Positions 59,183-64,000 of a stretch of 64,000 nucleotides of DNA are shown here, one piece after another. The position numbers were made by a program, and so were the translations under genes. The stretch lies in the NCBI GenBank assembly GCA_041645215.1, contig JBAZQK010000004.1:2475-66474 (forward strand), written 5' to 3'. The notes under the pieces were generated by a model. It saw only the letters and a program-made list of their open reading frames with translations. It was not told the DNA's origin and searched no databases. Numbering within the stretch: position 1 is the first letter of the stretch; every line of letters starts with the position of its first letter. This DNA comes from Patescibacteria group bacterium (GTDB lineage Bacteria; Patescibacteriota; Patescibacteriia; Veblenbacterales; UBA10138).

Positions 59183-59240
59183 AACGCTCTCGGCCACGCG
59201 GCCTTGAGCGTTTGTTATTTTATTTTTCAATCACGATTTA

Positions 59241-59699
59241 TCACCCCCCCCACGACGAGCAAAAAGAAATAGCGGGACGGAAGGAGAAGGCCGAGCCACC
59301 AGACGCGACCCCGCGACTTGCGGAGCGACGAGCGAAGCGAGGAGCGGAGCAACCCTTTCCGTAGTGAAGTCGGACTTTGATTTTGCGAGGAGTGAGGGGA
59401 AAGAAGCGAGTGTTTAAGCGTGATATTGCGAAATCTGCCCCTTCAAGCCGCGACCGAGCGAATGAAGGGGTGCATGAAGGGGTAAATCGCTGGTCAGGGT
59501 CAGGATTTTTTGCTAAAGTAAGTCCAACCGGTGTTGTAAATAGCCACCAAGATACAACTCAATTCATTTTCAGAAATTTTTTGATGGGCTTCCTCAATGG
59601 AAGCCCATTGTTTTTCCGCAACGCCGCGCGCTTCGCGCGCGTGAAGTGTCAGGTTCAATCCGAAGATTTTTTGAGCGAACGATTTTTTGAGGGGTAAGG
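59241..59699 (-). repeat. Internal inverted attP of element 2: recombinase 3'-end copy (59550-59699), core, 309-bp P' arm
   Basis: The minus strand reads LPLKKSFAQKIFGLNLTLHAREARGVAEKQWASIEEAHQKISENELSCILVAIYNTGWTYFSKKS*, which aligns by eye with the element 1 recombinase tail. Confidence 0.8.
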
Positions 59700-61448
59700 T
59701 TAAATATTATCGTGAATTTTTATAAGCAGTTGTACTAAATCCTTAATCTTGAATTTTTTGAGCTCGCTCTTGTCAGCAAGATACTCAAAAACATAGTGCG
59801 CTTTTGTATTCGCCTCCTTCCTGAATAAACCCACTTCTCTATTAAACTTATCTATATAGTTTTCAATGTTAGGTTTGCCGAAATTTTTTCTCTCGCCGTA
59901 AAGATTCTTTATAAGAACACCGAATTTGTGTCTCACCTTATTTTTTGTGTCGTACCACAAATCAACACGCCTAGGGAATTTCTTTTCCAGAATATTAAAC
60001 ACCAAATTTTCTATCATCTTCCTGCAAAGAAAAAACGCCGCGTTGGGGTGATTATGTTCATAACAAACATTAATTTCCTCTTGAAGTTGGTCATAAAAAT
60101 TCTCCGGGTACTTACCGCCAATCTCAACCAAGACCTCTGGCGGCGTTGGAACTTTTGTGGGCGTTGGAACTGGCAATGGGCCCTTGCGTTCTTTTGCAGT
60201 TTTCTTTTTCCTTGCTTTGATTTTATGCGATTCAAGCTCACTTCGCAGGTCGGTGAATATCCCGAATATGGAAGCCTGAACGAACGCAATCAAGTCTTGA
60301 AACTCCTCCGTAAATACAACGCCCTCCCTCGTAGTTGTATCAATAATTGCGGAATTTTTTGACCTGCTTATGTGAACCATTCCGATCAGTTGATCGCGTC
60401 TGGGATATATGCTGTTGTTATGTGCAGAGATATCCAGGTTAAGCCAGTCATTTCCAATATCCCCATAAGGTTTTACCCGAAAATTATCCCGATAGAGTTT
60501 GATTCCATTGTAGTGCTCCAGCAACTTTACAATCTCCTTGAGCTCGGCGGTTACCATCTTTTTCCCGACTGCCTGCTCAAAAGATTTCGGCGACTTGTAG
60601 AAGAAGTGCAGTTCAAAAACAGCATCTCCGCATTTAAGTTTTCTGTCCGTTGGCCGGTTGCCGTCTCTCTTTTTTCCTTTTGCCGAAGAAAATTCGTAAC
60701 GGATCAGGCTTCCGCCTACCAATTTGGTTTTCAAAGTATAAACAGCTTTATCAAGAAATTCTTTCTTGATTTTGGGGACTACGGCTAGCGGCGGGTCAAA
60801 TTTTGCGGCTACCTTAAAATCTCTTGCTTGTTTATTCAACGGGTTGAGCAGATATACATCTGACAATAGCTCTGTCTGTGTTTCTTGAATGTTCCAGTCG
60901 TGGTTTAGATTCTTGATTTCAATCCTTATGCCGTGTTCAGATTTTTTCTTCTTGAATTCGGATGTTGGATTATCAATATCGTTTACAAGAACTTTTTCGT
61001 CCTGATATTTATCCCAATCAAAGACAATTTTATATCCCGTATCCTTTCCTTTGGGCAAAGAAAACAAAGTCGCTGTTCTGCCCAAGCTTTCTACAGACAA
61101 TCTTCCAATACCTTTCTCGCCGATAAAAGTTCTCTCCCCGTTTTTTAGTTTCTTTGATTTAAATGGGGTGGCTATCCGCATCCATTTACTTTTAAGGTCC
61201 AGATAATCCATCCCGTTGCCATTATCTGATATAGAAATCATTGCGTCCTTCGTATTAACGGAGCTAAAATCAACCTCTACTTTAGCCGCACCAGCATCAT
61301 AGGAATTTTTAAGGAGTTCTAGTATAGCGACGTCCTTATTGGAAATGGACTCACGCCCGAATTTTCTTATCAGGTTGCCGCTAACGTCAAAGCGGAGCGG
61401 TTCAACGCTTTTCTCCTGAAAATTTTTGTGATCTTTCGGATTGTGCAT
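59700..61448 (-). CDS. GHKL (MORC/HATPase_c_3-like) ATPase with C-terminal DUF4145/HEPN-like domain
   Basis: ELLKNSYDA, DNGNGM, GEKGIGR, YRDNFRVKPYG..DWL, and C-terminal LCRKMIE...RKEANTKAH. Confidence 0.82.
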   Translation of the reverse strand: MHNPKDHKNFQEKSVEPLRFDVSGNLIRKFGRESISNKDVAILELLKNSYDAGAAKVEVDFSSVNTKDAMISISDNGNGMDYLDLKSKWMRIATPFKSKKLKNGERTFIGEKGIGRLSVESLGRTATLFSLPKGKDTGYKIVFDWDKYQDEKVLVNDIDNPTSEFKKKKSEHGIRIEIKNLNHDWNIQETQTELLSDVYLLNPLNKQARDFKVAAKFDPPLAVVPKIKKEFLDKAVYTLKTKLVGGSLIRYEFSSAKGKKRDGNRPTDRKLKCGDAVFELHFFYKSPKSFEQAVGKKMVTAELKEIVKLLEHYNGIKLYRDNFRVKPYGDIGNDWLNLDISAHNNSIYPRRDQLIGMVHISRSKNSAIIDTTTREGVVFTEEFQDLIAFVQASIFGIFTDLRSELESHKIKARKKKTAKERKGPLPVPTPTKVPTPPEVLVEIGGKYPENFYDQLQEEINVCYEHNHPNAAFFLCRKMIENLVFNILEKKFPRRVDLWYDTKNKVRHKFGVLIKNLYGERKNFGKPNIENYIDKFNREVGLFRKEANTKAHYVFEYLADKSELKKFKIKDLVQLLIKIHDNI

Positions 61449-61457
61449 GTTTTTGTC

Positions 61458-62714
61458 TTAAATACTACGCAGAATAGTGGAAGCGATTATTTCAGCAAAT
61501 ATCGGAGGTACAGCATTGCCGATTTGTTTGAACTGTGGTCCGCGCTCGCCCTCAAACTTATAATCATCAGGGAATGTTTGCAGGCGCGCCGCCTCTCTTA
61601 CGGTCAGAGAACGGTTTTGTTTTATGTCAGGATGAATATAAAAATGTCCATCTTTCGCGATGTGCGCAACGATGGTGTGTAAACCTTTAGCAACAGCATC
61701 AACCACCTTGAACCGGTCCAGAAAACCATCCTCGTTGCTATGTGTTTTCAGGCGTTCTGGCAGGTGATTATACTTTATGTTTTCACCTTTCCGTTTTGCA
61801 AGCACCGCACGTCTGTAAATTTCCAAGTCTTGGCTGTTATTCGGCCTGGCCACGTGATCCATAAGGATTCCAAACTTCGGATTGAGGATACCGAGTTTCT
61901 CCAAAAGCATGTTCCGTTTTGAAAATTTCCAGACCCGTTTGCCTGTTCCTGCTTGGACTTCCGGCAGACCGGCAAAAAAATCTTTAACGACATACTCGCG
62001 TTCAGTTGCCGGAAAATCCGGATAACCATTGATTTTTGATGTTTTATTCCAACCAACAAGAATGACCCGTTTTCTGTTCTGTGGAACGCCGAAATCCACG
62101 GCATTAAGAATTTTATAATCTGTATCATAACCAGCGTGCTTCATAAGACGGCGCATATCCCGAAGATATTTACCTTTTCCTGCTGTTTCAAGCCCAGGGA
62201 CATTTTCAAAAACAAACACCTTGGGTTTTAGAGCTTTCAGGAATTCTACATAATATCGGTAAAGAAAATTACGCTCATCCCGGCGCATATTTTTGCCGTC
62301 GCGGGCACGCCCTATGTACGAATAAGCCTGACAAGGCGGGCCGCCGACGATAATGTCTATCCTTTTCCCGTTCAAACGTTTCTTGATTTGCTGAATAAGT
62401 TCCGTTATGTTGTTTTTTTCTATTTTCGCGCATATCACAGAATCCTTTTCTTTTTGAAGTCCGTATTTTTCTATCAGCGAATCACGGGTGATTCTGCCGA
62501 ACACATAGTTTCTGTAATCGTCCAGCTTGTCTTTTTTAAGAAGTGCGTGATATACCATTCGCGTTATCAGAGTGCTGCAGGCTTTTTTGTCCATTTCTAC
62601 ATGGGCAACCATCTCACATCCGGCCTGCATAAAACCCTCCGATAGTCCGCCAGCTCCGGAGAAAAGGTCAATCGCGGTAAAAGTTTTATTTTTTCGTTGT
62701 TTTGGCTTTTTCAT
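61458..62714 (-). CDS. DNA cytosine-5 methyltransferase
   Basis: DLFSGAGG, GGPPCQ, ENV, PQNRKR, REAARLQTFPD, QIGNAVP. Confidence 0.96.
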   Translation of the reverse strand: MKKPKQRKNKTFTAIDLFSGAGGLSEGFMQAGCEMVAHVEMDKKACSTLITRMVYHALLKKDKLDDYRNYVFGRITRDSLIEKYGLQKEKDSVICAKIEKNNITELIQQIKKRLNGKRIDIIVGGPPCQAYSYIGRARDGKNMRRDERNFLYRYYVEFLKALKPKVFVFENVPGLETAGKGKYLRDMRRLMKHAGYDTDYKILNAVDFGVPQNRKRVILVGWNKTSKINGYPDFPATEREYVVKDFFAGLPEVQAGTGKRVWKFSKRNMLLEKLGILNPKFGILMDHVARPNNSQDLEIYRRAVLAKRKGENIKYNHLPERLKTHSNEDGFLDRFKVVDAVAKGLHTIVAHIAKDGHFYIHPDIKQNRSLTVREAARLQTFPDDYKFEGERGPQFKQIGNAVPPIFAEIIASTILRSI

Positions 62715-62717
62715 ATA

Positions 62718-64000
62718 TCAATGAGAAAATATTCTCTCAAAATCATTTGTCCAATACTGCCTATATTCTTCCTTAATTTCTTTGCCCGGCTGTCGTTCGT
62801 TAAAGTAAAACATCTCGGCTTTTTCAAGTTTTTTATTCCTCATTTTATTAAAATCATTAAGAAAATCAAGGAAACCATCAATTTTTTCAGCAGAATTTTC
62901 AGTGTGTTCAATTCCGTGGGGGTCAATAAATTTCAAGTAATATTTATTGTCTTTCTTGAACCAAAAAATAAAATCTGGGAAAAACATTCTGTATTCACTT
63001 TTTTCTGAATCAAAATAAGGAATACCGATTTTATCAATAGTTTCGTCAATTTTTGAAAAATACCACCACTTACATTGTTTTAATTTATTATCTGCTTTAT
63101 TTAAATATTCTTTCAGTTTTTCTAAAAATTCAATTTCGCTCCCAACTTTAATAATGTGCTGGAAACGATCCGAATCCTTTTTAAATAAAATCGGGGAATA
63201 GTAATGTTCCTCTAAAATTTCAAAATCTAAGTAATTTTTCAATACTTCAAGATTCTTGCTATCGGCGATATCTTTAATCAGTTTTTTATATTCATCTCTT
63301 CCGATTTTTCCGTCATCAAACATCTTGTCAATTTCTTTCTCTGTTTTTCTCGGTTTGATAATTTTCAAAATATCTTTTTCCAGTTTCGCCACCTCGGTTT
63401 TATCTATGTTTGTTTTTACCTCTTTATAGTGAGAAATTTCGCCATCCAAAATTTTTATTGCGTTCAGTTTTTTTATGTTTTCATTAAAATAATTGTCCGC
63501 GATAAACAATATATTTTCTATTGATTTTTTCCTTCGCCTTTCGCCAATCTTAAAATTATTTTTGGCGTTTACCATTTTATATGTTCTTAATTTAGCCCAA
63601 TTTTTCAAAAGAAGTACTTTCGCGCCATTTCTTTGAACAATCTGTGAAAGTTCGTCAAATTCATTTTTGCCAATCCAAAAAGGCTTATCGTTTAATCCGC
63701 CATCCTCAAAGACCGGAATAAAAATCGGCAAATCACTTTCTTTGATTTCCTCGTTTTTCTTTATTCCCTCAATTTTAATCCATTCGGCGTTAGCTTGTTT
63801 CTCAAGCCCTTCTAAAATATTTTTCACAACTTCTTTATTCGTGGCGAAAACAAACAAGCTCTCCAAAAGATTATTGCTTTTTTCTATCTTTTCAATTTCG
63901 GAGTTTGAAAAAAGCGAATTGTCCAAATGCTCAAACCTTTTTCTTTGATTTGATGTCGGCTCAATTCTTATTCCTCGTCCGATTGACTGCAAAACAAATT
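62718..64000 (-). CDS. Type III restriction enzyme Res subunit, C-terminal part (5' end outside the window)
   Basis: Helicase motif VI QSIGRGIR and a C-terminal PD-(D/E)xK-like FFPDFIFW..FIDPHG. Confidence 0.85.
   Translation of the reverse strand, partial: FVLQSIGRGIRIEPTSNQRKRFEHLDNSLFSNSEIEKIEKSNNLLESLFVFATNKEVVKNILEGLEKQANAEWIKIEGIKKNEEIKESDLPIFIPVFEDGGLNDKPFWIGKNEFDELSQIVQRNGAKVLLLKNWAKLRTYKMVNAKNNFKIGERRRKKSIENILFIADNYFNENIKKLNAIKILDGEISHYKEVKTNIDKTEVAKLEKDILKIIKPRKTEKEIDKMFDDGKIGRDEYKKLIKDIADSKNLEVLKNYLDFEILEEHYYSPILFKKDSDRFQHIIKVGSEIEFLEKLKEYLNKADNKLKQCKWWYFSKIDETIDKIGIPYFDSEKSEYRMFFPDFIFWFKKDNKYYLKFIDPHGIEHTENSAEKIDGFLDFLNDFNKMRNKKLEKAEMFYFNERQPGKEIKEEYRQYWTNDFERIFSH

Larger units (their letters stand above)
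51182..64000. mobile_element. Element 2: integrative mobilizable-type element with internal inverted attP (right end outside the window)
   Basis: Starts at TGGTGG (rc of tRNA CCACCA). Has a 309-bp inverted repeat, relaxase, coupling-protein-like ATPases, restriction-modification cargo and a compositional shift. Confidence 0.85.

Overview
Bacterial chromosome segment. It is most likely from Patescibacteria/CPR, which is inferred from the sparse metabolism, extended -10 boxes right before start codons, heptamer repeats and abundant short GC palindromes. Housekeeping genes (DEAD-box helicase, rpoD, dnaG, tsaD, tsaE, HtrA, tRNA-Asn, tRNA-Ser) are interleaved with large accessory regions. The main discovery is a shared architecture in two unrelated tRNA-targeting serine-recombinase elements (23646-28473 at tRNA-Asn; 51182 to beyond 64000, next to tRNA-Ile remnants). 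Besides its boundary att site(s), each element carries a second complete attP in inverted orientation inside it. The order is B-core-P'-[cargo]-P'rc-core-Prc-[recombinase side]-P-core-B'; the right end of element 2 lies outside the window. An excised circle would therefore hold two inverted attP copies, and one strand could fold into a dumbbell with a long duplex attP stem. In element 1 that stem is capped at both ends by hairpin-substituted four-way junctions. attP lies inside the recombinase 3' end, so integration swaps the enzyme's C-terminal tail. About nine degenerate att scars between 6.8 and 19.7 kb show the 22 kb downstream of tRNA-Asn grew by repeated integration. Element 2 carries a MOBC-type relaxase, two coupling-protein-like ATPases, an amidase, an ArdC-like ssDNA-binding protein, its own tRNA-Arg and defence genes. 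Other notable items: GIY-YIG genes bracketed by tRNA 5'-end duplications, small palindromes that insert without target duplication, a MITE pair flanking an ABC-F gene, and a tsaE 3'-end duplication. All alignments and protein family calls were made by eye, without database searches.
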